From assembly GCA_018667335.1 (NCBI GenBank), contig JABIVD010000015.1:93211-157210 (forward strand): a DNA stretch of 64,000 nt. Reading direction: 5' to 3'. Origin of the DNA: Rhodospirillaceae bacterium. Its GTDB lineage: Bacteria > Pseudomonadota > Alphaproteobacteria > UBA6615. Both the position numbers and the translations under genes were made by a program. The stretch's first letter is position 1. Every line of letters starts with the position of its first letter. Shown here in pieces: positions 1 to 10,112 of this stretch. The notes beneath the pieces were generated by a model, which ran no database searches, was not told the origin of the DNA, and saw only the letters and a program-made list of their open reading frames with translations.

Positions 1-58
1 TGATTCCGGACCGAGCCTAGGTTCCGCCGCACCAAACTTGGCGGGCGAATACGGGCAT

Positions 59-1660
59 ATGGCAAACGAACAAGACATGCTGCTGGCGGCGAAGGCGTGG
101 CCTTTCAAGGAGGCGCGGACGATCCTCGATCGCCTGGGCGGGCCCGATGCCGCGCAGACGCCGGAGAAGGGCTACGTGTTGTTCGAGACGGGCTACGGCC
201 CCTCGGGCCTGCCCCATATCGGCACCTTCGGCGAGGTGGCGCGGACCACGATGGTGCGCCATGCGTTTACCCAAATGTCCGACATTCCGACGCGCCTGAT
301 CGCCTTTTCCGACGACATGGACGGGCTGCGCAAGGTGCCCACGAACCTGCCCGAGCAGGAGATGCTCAACAGTCATCTCGGCAAGCCGTTGACGACGGTG
401 CCCGATCCGTTCGGCACCCATGACAGCTTCGCCGCCCACAACAATGCGCGCCTGCAGGCGTTCCTCGACACGTTCGGCTTCGACTATGAGTTCTACAGCT
501 CGACGGAGTGCTATCGTGCGGGCCTGTTCGACGACACGTTGCGCCAGATGTTGTCCCACTACGACGCGATCATGGGCGTGATCCTGCCGACACTGGGCGC
601 GGAGCGGCAGGCGACCTACAGCCCCTTTCTGCCGGTCTGTCCACGCACGGGCGTGGTGTTGCAGGTGCCCATGGAGGCGACCGATCCGGAGGCGGGCACA
701 GTCTCCTACAAGGATCCCGAGACCGGGGACATGGTCACAACGGCGGTCACGGGCGGGCATTGCAAGTTGCAGTGGAAGGCCGACTGGGCGATGCGCTGGG
801 CCGCGCTGTCGGTCGATTACGAGATGTCGGGCAAGGATCTGATCGATTCCGTGAATCTGTCCGGGAAGATTTGCCGGATCCTCGGCGCCAAACCGCCCGC
901 AGGGCTGACCTATGAGTTGTTTCTCGACGAGAACGGCGAGAAGATTTCAAAGTCACGCGGCAACGGGCTGACGATCGACGAATGGCTCACCTATGGGCCG
1001 CCGGAGAGCCTGTCCCACTACATGTTCGGCAAGCCGAAGTCCGCCAAACGGCTGCATTTCGATGTCATACCGAAATCCGTCGATGAATATCTGACCCATG
1101 TCGCAAAGTATCCGGATCTGGGCCCCGACAAGCAGCTGGAGAGTTCCGTATGGCACCTCCATGGCGGCGACGTGCCGGCTGCGGGCGCCGACCTGTCCTT
1201 CGGTGTCCTGCTGAACCTGGCCGGGGCCTGCAACTCGGAAGACCCGGAGGTCCTGTGGGGTTTTGTCGGGCGCTATGCCGATGGCGCCACGCCCGAGAAC
1301 AGCCCGTTCCTCGACCGGCTTGTCGGACACGCCATCGCCTACTATCGCGACTTCGTCAAACCCTCGAAGCAGTATCGGGCACCGGACGACAAGGAACGTG
1401 CTGCGCTCGCCGATCTGGCGGATCGGTTTGCCGCGATGCCCGCGGATGCGAACGCCGAGTCGCTGCAGAACGAGGTCTATGCCGTCGGCAAGGACCATGA
1501 GTTCGAGCCCCTGCGCGACTGGTTTCGGGCGCTGTATGAAGTTCTGTTCGGCCAAAGTCAGGGGCCGCGCTTCGGCTCATTTGCGGCGCTCTATGGCCGG
1601 GATGCGACGGTCGATCTGTTGCGCCGCGCGCTCGCCGGCGAGGATCTCAGCGCCGCCTAG
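59..1660 (+). CDS. lysS: Class I lysine--tRNA ligase
   Basis: [14 protein letters not shown] (HIGH-like) and KISKSRGN (KMSKS-like) motifs, C-terminal [10 protein letters not shown] at 59 preferred over TTG at 38. Confidence 0.95.
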   Translation: MANEQDMLLAAKAWPFKEARTILDRLGGPDAAQTPEKGYVLFETGYGPSGLPHIGTFGEVARTTMVRHAFTQMSDIPTRLIAFSDDMDGLRKVPTNLPEQEMLNSHLGKPLTTVPDPFGTHDSFAAHNNARLQAFLDTFGFDYEFYSSTECYRAGLFDDTLRQMLSHYDAIMGVILPTLGAERQATYSPFLPVCPRTGVVLQVPMEATDPEAGTVSYKDPETGDMVTTAVTGGHCKLQWKADWAMRWAALSVDYEMSGKDLIDSVNLSGKICRILGAKPPAGLTYELFLDENGEKISKSRGNGLTIDEWLTYGPPESLSHYMFGKPKSAKRLHFDVIPKSVDEYLTHVAKYPDLGPDKQLESSVWHLHGGDVPAAGADLSFGVLLNLAGACNSEDPEVLWGFVGRYADGATPENSPFLDRLVGHAIAYYRDFVKPSKQYRAPDDKERAALADLADRFAAMPADANAESLQNEVYAVGKDHEFEPLRDWFRALYEVLFGQSQGPRFGSFAALYGRDATVDLLRRALAGEDLSAA

Positions 1661-1666
1661 CGTGTT

Positions 1667-2512
1667 TTAGTCGTTGCTGTGGGCGAAGTCCCAGTAGAGC
1701 TCGCGTGCACGGCGATAGACCGGCCCGGGCTGCTGGCGACGATCTTCATATTGGATCACCGGCTGGACCTTGCCGTAGTTCCCGGAATTGAATATCTCGT
1801 CGGCCTCCAGCAGCTCCCCGGCCTCAATAGTGCGCTCCTCGACCTGGATGCCATCGTCTTGCATCAGTTGAATCAGCCGCTGGCGGGTGATGCCGTTCAG
1901 AAATGAGCCGTTTGGTATCGGCGTGATCGCCACACCGTCCCTGACGATCCAGATATTGGCCGTCGCGAATTCTGCGACGTGGCCCAGCGCGTCACACATG
2001 ACCGGGTTGTCGAATCCGCGTTCGCGCGCATCGATGATCGCACGCGACGAGTTGGGATAGTGGCACGACGCCTTGGCGTCGGTCGGGGCGAGCTCCGGCC
2101 CGGGTCGCCGAAACGGGCTGAGGCAGCAGGAAAACCCGTCACCCGTCGGCATCGGCGCCTCGAACACCGTGAGCACGAACCGGGTGCTGTCGGGATCCGG
2201 CGCGAGCAGGCCGATGCCCGCATCGGCATAGAGCATGGGCCGCACGTAGAGTTCGGCCCCGTCGCCGAACCGTGCGACACCGTCGAGCGCAACCTGGTGA
2301 ATGTCGTCCGCCGACAGGGGTGCGTTCATATGCAGTGCGGCGGCGGAATTGACGACCCGCTGGCAGTGCCGGTCCAGGTCGGGTGTGACGCCCTCGAAGG
2401 CACGCGCGCCGTCGAAGGCGATCGAGCCCAACCAGATGGCGTGGGACGTGGCACCGATCACGGGCACGTTGCCGTCGTGCCAGTCGCCGTCGATATAGGT
2501 GATTGCGGTCAA
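1667..2512 (-). CDS. Branched-chain amino acid aminotransferase (PLP fold IV)
   Basis: AFDGAR, LYVRP, AKASCHY (PLP Lys), EFATANIW, FLNGITR. TTG start at 2512 with GGAG upstream. The longer ORF overlaps def and is not credible. Confidence 0.85.
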   Translation of the reverse strand: MTAITYIDGDWHDGNVPVIGATSHAIWLGSIAFDGARAFEGVTPDLDRHCQRVVNSAAALHMNAPLSADDIHQVALDGVARFGDGAELYVRPMLYADAGIGLLAPDPDSTRFVLTVFEAPMPTGDGFSCCLSPFRRPGPELAPTDAKASCHYPNSSRAIIDARERGFDNPVMCDALGHVAEFATANIWIVRDGVAITPIPNGSFLNGITRQRLIQLMQDDGIQVEERTIEAGELLEADEIFNSGNYGKVQPVIQYEDRRQQPGPVYRRARELYWDFAHSND

Positions 2513-2603
2513 GGGCCGCTCCGGATTGTGAGTTTGGGGTCCGAGGATAGCGTCAACAGTTGGGCCGTTGCGAGCGCTGTCTGTGCGCCAATGGCACCGG
2601 GCC

Positions 2604-2632
2604 TTTACGCGGGCGAGCCGTGAACGCATATT
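2604..2632 (+). promoter_or_regulatory. Putative sigma70 promoter for def (leaderless)
   Basis: TTTACG-N17-CATATT, ending 6 nt before the ATG, with no SD. Confidence 0.45.
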
Positions 2633-2638
2633 CCGCAT

Positions 2639-3244
2639 ATGGCGATACTCAAGATAGCCCGCATGGGGCACCCGATCCTCCGCGCCCGCGCGGCCGACGT
2701 TCCCGACCCGACCGCGCCCGAGGTGGCGCGCCTGGTGGATGCGATGGTTGAGACGATGGAAGACGCGGACGGGACCGGCCTGGCCGCCCCCCAGGTGCAC
2801 ATGTCCTGGCGGATCGTGGTCTACAAGGTCGAAGGCGACCGGGTGGCCGATGAAGATGAAGGTGAGGATGGGAGTCATGACGACGGTGAGGACACTGGCG
2901 TCCCCCTGACGGTCTTGGTCAACCCGGTGATCACGCCGATCGGCGAGGAGACCAACTTGGGGTTCGAGGCCTGCCTATCGGTCCCGGGCATGGCCGGGCC
3001 GGTGCGCCGGTTCAATCAGGTGCATGTGACCTATCAGACGCTCGCGGGCGAAGACGTCGCCTTTGACGCCGAGGGGTTCCATGCGCGGGTGATTCAGCAT
3101 GAATGCGATCATCTCGACGGCATTCTGTATCCCAGCCGGATCGAGGACATGTCCCAGTTCGGCTTTGTCGAGGAACTGAGCCGCGGCCAGGGCGAGGCGG
3201 ATGAGACGGACGATGACGCGACGGATGAAACCGATGACGACTGA
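2639..3244 (+). CDS. def: Peptide deformylase
   Basis: GLAAPQV, EACLSVPG and HECDHLDG motifs. Acidic internal loop and tail. Confidence 0.95.
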   Translation: MAILKIARMGHPILRARAADVPDPTAPEVARLVDAMVETMEDADGTGLAAPQVHMSWRIVVYKVEGDRVADEDEGEDGSHDDGEDTGVPLTVLVNPVITPIGEETNLGFEACLSVPGMAGPVRRFNQVHVTYQTLAGEDVAFDAEGFHARVIQHECDHLDGILYPSRIEDMSQFGFVEELSRGQGEADETDDDATDETDDD

Positions 3245-3920
3245 CGTGCCACATCCGGACGACACGCAGCTGCAGGATACGCGGCGCGCGATACTCGCGG
3301 CCGTTCTACCGCATGTGCCCTTTGACGGATGGTCCGAGAAATCCCTGCGGCAGGCCGCGGCGGATACCGATCTCGACCCGGCAGTCGTGAAGCTCGCATT
3401 TTCCGGCGGGCCGGCCGACGTGATCGCCTTCTGGAGCGAAGCGGCCGACGGGGCTATGACCGCGGCCTTTGCCGATCAGAACGGCGACGAGATGCGGTTT
3501 CGCGAGCGGATCACGTTTCTGGTGCGGGCCCGGATCGGTGCTGTTGCGGGCCATCGCGAGGCTGTACGTCGCGCGCTCACCTATTTGGCGCAACCGCAGC
3601 ATGGCGGCACGGGTTTGCGCTGTCTTTATCGGAGCGTGGACGAGATGTGGTGCGCGGCCGGTGACCGGGCCACGGACTTTAATTTCTACACCAAGCGGCT
3701 GACACTGGCCGGGGTCTATTCCTCGACATTGTTGTTCTGGCTGGACGATACATCCGACGACAGCGCGGAGACCTGGGCGTTCCTCGATCGGCGCATCGCC
3801 GGTGTGATGCGTGTCCCCGCGCGCCGGGAAAAACTCCGCCGGGCCGGACGATATCTGCCGAACCCGCGACGTTTCGCGCGGCTCGTGTCGGAACGGTTGC
3901 GCGAGGGTGGCGTGGGGTGA
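3234..3920 (+). CDS. COQ9 family protein
   Basis: HVPFDGWS, AGDRATDFNFYTKRLTLAGVY, WLDDTS..TWAFLDRRI. Start overlaps the def stop. Confidence 0.9.
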   Translation: MTTDVPHPDDTQLQDTRRAILAAVLPHVPFDGWSEKSLRQAAADTDLDPAVVKLAFSGGPADVIAFWSEAADGAMTAAFADQNGDEMRFRERITFLVRARIGAVAGHREAVRRALTYLAQPQHGGTGLRCLYRSVDEMWCAAGDRATDFNFYTKRLTLAGVYSSTLLFWLDDTSDDSAETWAFLDRRIAGVMRVPARREKLRRAGRYLPNPRRFARLVSERLREGGVG

Positions 3921-6850
3921 TTTGTTGTCAGTAGGTCACGGGTTTGATTGTTGTGGCTAGCATCATCTTTTCAATGTTCTAGTGGCCATCGAGTTTTTCG
4001 ACCTGACAATTTGGAAGCACTCAGGTGAGTTTATCTCTCGCCTCAGGGGGCCCTTTAAAATCTGGAATTATGAGAGCATTTTTACCACGATGTCCGCTTT
4101 CGACCACAAATTGGCCATCACAGATATCTCAGCTGACTTCCGATGATGACCCAGAACGGACTCTGAGCAGAAGAAAAAGGCTCTTCAGCAAATTTAGTAA
4201 CGAGAATATCGATTAGGCTGGCGGCTGCATAGGTGCGCCGCATTCCGTCTCGGAAAGCGACTCTATCTTCAAAGCTCAGCAGTCTCTTAATGCCTCTTTA
4301 TCACCAGATGTCAGCGACAGTCGGGAAGCCTGACGCGATATTTCGTTCTTTTTCAACGTGCAAATCAGACTTACACGGTCCAGTGCGGGACCGTCACGAC
4401 GCAATCGCGCGTTCAATTCCCCGAAATCTGCAAACAGCGTCATTGATGCGAATCGATCCTGCTGGTAGCGGAGAAGAGCGATGTCTGCAACCAGTGCGTC
4501 GAAGAAAGGTTTACTCGAGAGGTCGCTCTGGAGCTGCTGATTTACCTTCCCGTCAGCTAAATTTGGCAGCTTATTTTGCGCTCTTAAGAACGCGGATTTA
4601 AGATATTTTCGAGCGCCGACTTCGTATTTTTCCTTGATCTCCTCTGCTGTCATCGGGTGAGTAGTGTCGTCGCGAATCGGATTCGCCCCAAATTTGAGTA
4701 CTTTCGGCTCTGGCTGTGTATCGGGCCAGAGGGTTTCTATGGGCGACGCAACGAAAGCGTTTTGCACTAGTTTTTGTACTAGTTCTTGGTCTGGTTCCTG
4801 AGAAAATCGGTCCTTCAAATAAGCTTTGAGTCGCTCCTCGAAAGCTTTGTCGAGAGTCTTTGGCGCATCTTCCTTGCGCGCTTTGTATGCTTCGATGATT
4901 GCCCAGTAGATTGGGGCCAAGAGCTGATCGGTTCTCGCAACACTTACATCCTGAAGGTCCCTATCAACGAGTATCCGCTCGCAAGCTGCAACAGTTAATG
5001 GCTGCAACCAAACATCATCAAACTTGAAGTTATTATAAAGTTCGCGGTTGCCATCAGGAGAACCGGGATCACTCTTTTTCTTAACGTCGTTTGACTGGTA
5101 AAATTGCTGTGCTAGCCCGCTGAGCACAAAGCCTTCGGCAACCTCTTTAGCGCCGTCGCGGTCAGCATCTACGCTTCCTGGTTCATTGCCGCGGGCAATT
5201 TCCCTTTCATGCGTTTCCGTCGCTTTCAAAGCATTTTTAATCGAAGATGCAAGTGCGTCCCGGATACCGTCTGAGAACATTACTTGCGCGAGCGCAATCA
5301 AAAGCCACGCCTTGTCGTCGATCTGATTGAGTCGATCCTCGATTACAAAAATACCTTTCTCCAGTCGCCTAGAGGCGAGACGCGCCACTCGGTATCGCAC
5401 GATGGTAGCGATCAGATCTTCTAGGAGCAGCACGTCGTACTCATGCAAAATATCTTCCAGCGGCAAACCATTTCTCAGGCCATGGAGAATGTCGGTCGCC
5501 TTTTCGACGGCCACTTGCAGAGGTGCCCAGACCGACGACTCCAGCGTTGTAATGAAATCACCGAGATCGTTGAGTTGTGCTTGAAGCTCTATGAATGTAC
5601 TGAGCGTCTTGTTCGTTTTATCGGGCAGATTCCTAGCTCGATTATTAAGGATACCCCTTGCCACGCCCGCCAGTTCGTCAAGGGCGGCTCCCAGTTTTCC
5701 GTGATCCGTGTGAGACTTCTCAGTCAAACGCTCGATGCGATTGACGAAGTCAGTGAATTCCGGTTGGAACTCAGCAAGCGAAACTCTCAGAGCAGCGATG
5801 TCCGATCGAATATCGGCAGCGGCAGTGACGATGGAGGGACCATAGCGTTTATACGTGACAACACCTGTATCAACCTGGACGAAAGCGCGCTGCAGTTTCT
5901 TGGCGATGTCGCGCACGGAATTGCGGATGGTTCTTGCTTCCTCGGAAAGCTTCTTAGCGTCATCGCGAATCAATACAAATGAGTCTTTCGGCAGCCCATC
6001 AAAGATTGCATCGATTTTTGCCAACGCTTCGGTGATATCCTCCTTCTCTCTCTCGCTTAGTCCTTCCAACACAGGGGCGTCGAGTTCCGTTTCGGCCAAC
6101 TTGACCAAAAATACGTATGCCGCCCGCAGCCGTTCCTCAAAGTCCGCCGCGAAAGCGGAGACAGACAGTGATTGATCATCGAACGTCCCGTCATCCGGAA
6201 ACCCGATCCGATTAGCAATTAAGCTCGACACGGTCTTTTTGTGCAAAACCTGTTGTGCCTCGAGAGTAAGTTGATCCGCTATGCACACCTCGAATGCACT
6301 TTGGTCGGCCTCCATGTTTTTCTTCATGCCGCTAATTACATGGCCGCAGCCTCCCAGCAGAGGCACGATCAACAGGGCCGTTACAAATTGTCTCAACATC
6401 CCGATATTCCCCCATGGCGTCGAGTTTATTTTGCCTTATCTTAAGCAGTATAACCACTGGCTTGTTCAATCATAGGTATTGGGGCCTTTGGTAGAGCAGC
6501 TACGTAGCTTTGCCGCTTCGGCATATGGCTAAAACTCGCCGTGCCGTGAGCTATTGGGGCATGCCTGCTATCTGTTTGAAACCGGTCATGCCCACCCCGG
6601 AAATGGCACATTCCATTCCAAACGCAACGTACTGTGCTTTTATTGGCCAATTAGCCTAGTTGTGTGAATTCTAATATGGGATAGAATTCTTCATCTAACT
6701 TCATGCCCGGTCGGGGCTTCCGATGCTTTATCAAGTTCACATGACCTTGAACCTGCCGGCTGAAGCTTTCCCGGTTTGAAGTTCATGCCTGTTTGCGGAA
6801 GGTGTGGTTCGAGTGTCCACATGTGAGGTGGGATCACTTAGTCCGGCATA
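3921..6850. mobile_element. Low-GC accessory island (no mobility gene visible)
   Basis: Visibly more AT-rich than the flanks, holds one orphan gene, and is bounded by the COQ9 stop and a displaced purK 3' fragment. Confidence 0.6.
4276..6399 (-). CDS. Hypothetical alpha-helical lipoprotein, 707 aa
   Basis: Long ORF in low-GC DNA with signal peptide and lipobox MLRQFVTALLIVPLLGG-C, a GGGGAA SD-like element, and amphipathic or coiled-coil character. Confidence 0.75.
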   Translation of the reverse strand: MLRQFVTALLIVPLLGGCGHVISGMKKNMEADQSAFEVCIADQLTLEAQQVLHKKTVSSLIANRIGFPDDGTFDDQSLSVSAFAADFEERLRAAYVFLVKLAETELDAPVLEGLSEREKEDITEALAKIDAIFDGLPKDSFVLIRDDAKKLSEEARTIRNSVRDIAKKLQRAFVQVDTGVVTYKRYGPSIVTAAADIRSDIAALRVSLAEFQPEFTDFVNRIERLTEKSHTDHGKLGAALDELAGVARGILNNRARNLPDKTNKTLSTFIELQAQLNDLGDFITTLESSVWAPLQVAVEKATDILHGLRNGLPLEDILHEYDVLLLEDLIATIVRYRVARLASRRLEKGIFVIEDRLNQIDDKAWLLIALAQVMFSDGIRDALASSIKNALKATETHEREIARGNEPGSVDADRDGAKEVAEGFVLSGLAQQFYQSNDVKKKSDPGSPDGNRELYNNFKFDDVWLQPLTVAACERILVDRDLQDVSVARTDQLLAPIYWAIIEAYKARKEDAPKTLDKAFEERLKAYLKDRFSQEPDQELVQKLVQNAFVASPIETLWPDTQPEPKVLKFGANPIRDDTTHPMTAEEIKEKYEVGARKYLKSAFLRAQNKLPNLADGKVNQQLQSDLSSKPFFDALVADIALLRYQQDRFASMTLFADFGELNARLRRDGPALDRVSLICTLKKNEISRQASRLSLTSGDKEALRDC

Positions 6851-7018
6851 TTAGCCGCCGAACGGCGCGCCCAACCGGGTGACGTGGCCCATCTTGCGGC
6901 CCGCGCGGGTCTCGCTCTTCCCGCACAGGTGCAAGCGTGCCCGGGGATCCTCGATCTCGCGCCGCCATGTCTCCACATCGTCGCCGATGAGGTTCTTCAT
7001 CACCGCGTCGCAGCGCCG
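6851..7018 (-). pseudogene. purK: Displaced purK 3' fragment
   Basis: Translates to RRCDAVMKNLIGDDVETWRREIEDPRARLHLCGKSETRAGRKMGHVTRLGAPFGG*, paralogous to the PurK C-terminus. No start codon context. Confidence 0.9.
6969..7018. repeat. 50-bp exact direct repeat, copy 1 (copy 2 at 8406-8455 inside purK)
   Basis: gtctccacatcgtcgccgatgaggttcttcatcaccgcgtcgcagcgccg occurs at both sites. Confidence 0.95.
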
Positions 7019-7059
7019 ACAAGCTGACATCCGGGTGTTCGTACGCGAGCGCGTTCCTG

Positions 7060-8277
7060 TTACCGGGCCGCCTGCAGCCGCATCACCGGCCGGTCATCGA
7101 TCGCCATGTGTACCGCCGCTGAAACGAAACCGAGAGCGATCGCGATCCACCAGACGGCTTCGTAGGAGCCGGTCGCGTCGAACATGCGCCCGCCGAGCCA
7201 GACGCCGAGGAACGCGCCGACCTGGTGGCTGAGGAAGACGATGCCGAACAAGGTCGCCATATAGCGGGTGCCGAAGATCTGCGCGACGAGGCCGCTCGTG
7301 AGCGGCACCGTCCCGAGCCAGAGAAAGCCGATGGCCGCCGCGAAGATCATCACGCTGGCAATGCTGGGGGGCGTGATAACGAAAGCAAAGATTACCAGAG
7401 CGCGCATCGTGTACAGGCCGGACAGCAGGTGCTTCTTGCGGTAGCGGCCACCGAGCCAGCCGAACCCCCACGAGCCAATGCCGTTGCACACGGCGATGAC
7501 GACCAGCGCGGTCGCCGCCAGCTTTGGCGTGAAGGCCAGGTCGCCGAGATAGGCCGGCAGGTGGACGGCAATGAAACGGACGTGGAAACCGCAGACGAAA
7601 AACCCGACAATCAGCAAAATATAACCGGAATTGCTGCGCGCCTCGACAAGCGCTTCACCGAGCTTCTGCGCCGATGGTGTTTCCACGCCTGCGCTGGTCA
7701 TCCGCCGGATGACCAGCGCCAGCGGCACGATGAGGCTGACGATACAGGCGACCGCTATGAGCGCAACGGGCCACCCAAAGGCGGAGATCATCTGCTGGCT
7801 GAAGGGCACGATGAGAAACTGGCCGAGCGTGCCGCAGGCCGTCACGGTGCCGAGCCATACGCTGCGCTTTTCGGCGCTGACATTGCGGCTGACGATCGAC
7901 AGAACCAGCGGCATGCCGGTCGCGGCGGCGGCGATACCGATCACGAATCCCGCGTTCACGAACATCGCCAACGGTGAGACCGCTTGCGACATCAACACCA
8001 AGCCGACGACGTACAGCAGGCCGCCTGTCGCCAGCACGCGGGGGGAGCCCCATTTATCCGCGACGGCTGCCACGAAGGGAGTCGTCAGGCCAATGATGAG
8101 AGCCTGGCCGGCGAGCGCCAGCGACAGAATCTCGCGCCCCCACCCCTGTTCAGCACTGATCGGCAACATGTACAGGCCGAAGGTCTGCTGGATGCCGGCG
8201 GAAATGACGATGACAGCCAGAGCACTGGCAAGAACGATCCAGGTCTGGCGACCCCTCGCGCCGCCGCTGTCAGGCAT
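7060..8277 (-). CDS. MFS transporter
   Basis: About 12 hydrophobic segments, MFS motif A-like AAVADKWGSPRV and GWLGGRYRKK. Overlaps the purK stop. Confidence 0.9.
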   Translation of the reverse strand: MPDSGGARGRQTWIVLASALAVIVISAGIQQTFGLYMLPISAEQGWGREILSLALAGQALIIGLTTPFVAAVADKWGSPRVLATGGLLYVVGLVLMSQAVSPLAMFVNAGFVIGIAAAATGMPLVLSIVSRNVSAEKRSVWLGTVTACGTLGQFLIVPFSQQMISAFGWPVALIAVACIVSLIVPLALVIRRMTSAGVETPSAQKLGEALVEARSNSGYILLIVGFFVCGFHVRFIAVHLPAYLGDLAFTPKLAATALVVIAVCNGIGSWGFGWLGGRYRKKHLLSGLYTMRALVIFAFVITPPSIASVMIFAAAIGFLWLGTVPLTSGLVAQIFGTRYMATLFGIVFLSHQVGAFLGVWLGGRMFDATGSYEAVWWIAIALGFVSAAVHMAIDDRPVMRLQAAR

Positions 8278-9397
8278 TGCGGCGTCCTCGTTTGCAGGTG
8301 ACCGCGCCCAGCCGCGTCACGTGGCCCATCTTGCGGCCGGGGCGGGTCTCGGCCTTGCCGTAGAGGTGCAGGCGCGCGGTCGGGTCCGCGATGATCTCCC
8401 GCCAGGTCTCCACATCGTCGCCGATGAGGTTCTTCATCACCGCGTCGCAGCGCCGGGTGGGGTCGCCCAGGGGCAGGCCACAGATTGCCCGGACCAACTG
8501 TTCGTACTGGCTGGTGCGGCCGGCATCGATGCTCCAGTGGCCGGAATTGTGGGGCCGCGGGGCGACCTCGTTGACGAGCACGTCTCCCTGCGCGGTGACG
8601 AACATTTCAACCGCAAGCAGGCCCACGACACCGAGGCCCTCGCAGAGCCTGATCGCGACATCGCGGGCCATCTGAGATGTGGCGTCGGGAATCGGGGCCG
8701 GCACGATGGTTTCATCGAGGATGTGGTTGCGGTGACGGTTTTCGACCGGCACAAACGCGGCCGTTTCCCCGTTTGGCGCGCGGGCGACGATAACGGAAAT
8801 CTCGCAGGCGAAATCGACAAAGCCTTCCAGAATGCCGCCGTCGGTGTCCGGTCCGGCACCACTGGCGGCCCAAGCCTCTGTGGGATCGGTTGCGGCATCG
8901 ATCCCGACCTGTCCCTTGCCGTCATAGCCGAAGCGGACGGTCTTGAGCACGGCCGGCGTCCCGATCTCTGCGATCGCACCGACCAGAGCGGCGGCGTCGC
9001 CGACGGCGCGGAACGGTGCGGTCGCGATACCCAGTTCGTTGGCGAATGTCTTTTCGCGCAGGCGATTCTGAGCCACGGCCTGGACCGACGGCGCCGGATG
9101 TACCGGCACGCGTGCCGCGATCCGTTCCAGCGTCTCGATCGGCACATTCTCGAATTCGAGGGTCGCGACATCAATGCGTGCGGCGAATGAGTCCAAAGCG
9201 TCCGCATCGTCGAAACGACCGAGTGTCGTGACGGTGGCGACCTGCGCTGCGGGTTCGTCGGGGTTTTGGCAGAAGATGTGGCAGCGATAACCGAGGTTGG
9301 CCGCCGCGAGTGCGGTCATGCGGCCGAGCTGGCCGCCGCCGAGAATACCGATCGTGGCGCCAGGTAGAATCGGGCTGCCGGATTCATTTCGGGACAT
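8270..9397 (-). CDS. purK: N5-carboxyaminoimidazole ribonucleotide synthase
   Basis: GILGGGQLGRM, TLEFENVP, GYDGKGQ, NEVAPRPHNSGHWS, HLYGK..RPGRKMGH. Confidence 0.97.
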   Translation of the reverse strand: MSRNESGSPILPGATIGILGGGQLGRMTALAAANLGYRCHIFCQNPDEPAAQVATVTTLGRFDDADALDSFAARIDVATLEFENVPIETLERIAARVPVHPAPSVQAVAQNRLREKTFANELGIATAPFRAVGDAAALVGAIAEIGTPAVLKTVRFGYDGKGQVGIDAATDPTEAWAASGAGPDTDGGILEGFVDFACEISVIVARAPNGETAAFVPVENRHRNHILDETIVPAPIPDATSQMARDVAIRLCEGLGVVGLLAVEMFVTAQGDVLVNEVAPRPHNSGHWSIDAGRTSQYEQLVRAICGLPLGDPTRRCDAVMKNLIGDDVETWREIIADPTARLHLYGKAETRPGRKMGHVTRLGAVTCKRGRRNA

Positions 9398-9401
9398 GGG
9401 G

Positions 9402-9896
9402 TCAGGAATCGCTGGTCGGGGCGTCCGCCACCGCGTCGGTCTGGTTTGCGCGCCATGTGTCCAGCGCAGTCGCAACATTGGCATCTGCGAGGGCGACGAC
9501 AGACGCCGCCAGCAAGGCGGCGTTGACCGCGCCGGCACGGCCGATCGCCACTGTCCCAACCGGGATGCCGGCTGGCATCTGCACGATCGACAAGAGACTG
9601 TCCATGCCCGACAGGGCTTTGCTCTCCACAGGCACGCCGAAGACGGGAAGGCTGGTCATTGCCGCGGTCATGCCGGGCAGATGGGCGGCCCCTCCGGCAC
9701 CGGCGATAATCACCTTCAATCCGCGATCGCGCGCCTGTTTGGCGTAGGCGGACATGCGGTCCGGCGTGCGATGGGCGGAGACGATCTTGACTTCATGCGC
9801 GACCCCGAGTGTCTCGAGGGTTTCGGCGGCGTGGCGCATGGTTTCCCAGTCGGACTGGCTTCCCATGATAATTCCGACAACCGGCGCATCGGCCAT
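9402..9896 (-). CDS. purE: N5-CAIR mutase
   Basis: [41 protein letters not shown]. Confidence 0.97.
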   Translation of the reverse strand: MADAPVVGIIMGSQSDWETMRHAAETLETLGVAHEVKIVSAHRTPDRMSAYAKQARDRGLKVIIAGAGGAAHLPGMTAAMTSLPVFGVPVESKALSGMDSLLSIVQMPAGIPVGTVAIGRAGAVNAALLAASVVALADANVATALDTWRANQTDAVADAPTSDS

Positions 9897-10112
9897 GTGT
9901 ATCTCCGTGGAGTGAACTGGGGGGCTTCTGGCCCGGAAAAGCGGGGATTATAGGAGCGCGAACCGGTGTGGCAAGCTCGGCGGTGACCATTTGGCCGGTT
10001 TCGAGATAATACGCAAAGATTTGTTAACCACTTTCGGAATAGTGTTTAGCAGCGTATTTTTGTGGCATTCCAGTTGTTTGCCAGTATTTGGTATTACCCC
10101 GGTGGGGTTTGG

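Noticed and set aside
2513-2878. N-terminal extension of the aminotransferase ORF
   Set aside because: Antisense to def. A TTG with SD at 2512 gives a normal-length enzyme.
6834-7022. 62-aa ORF in the track
   Set aside because: Wrong frame. The segment is the displaced purK tail.
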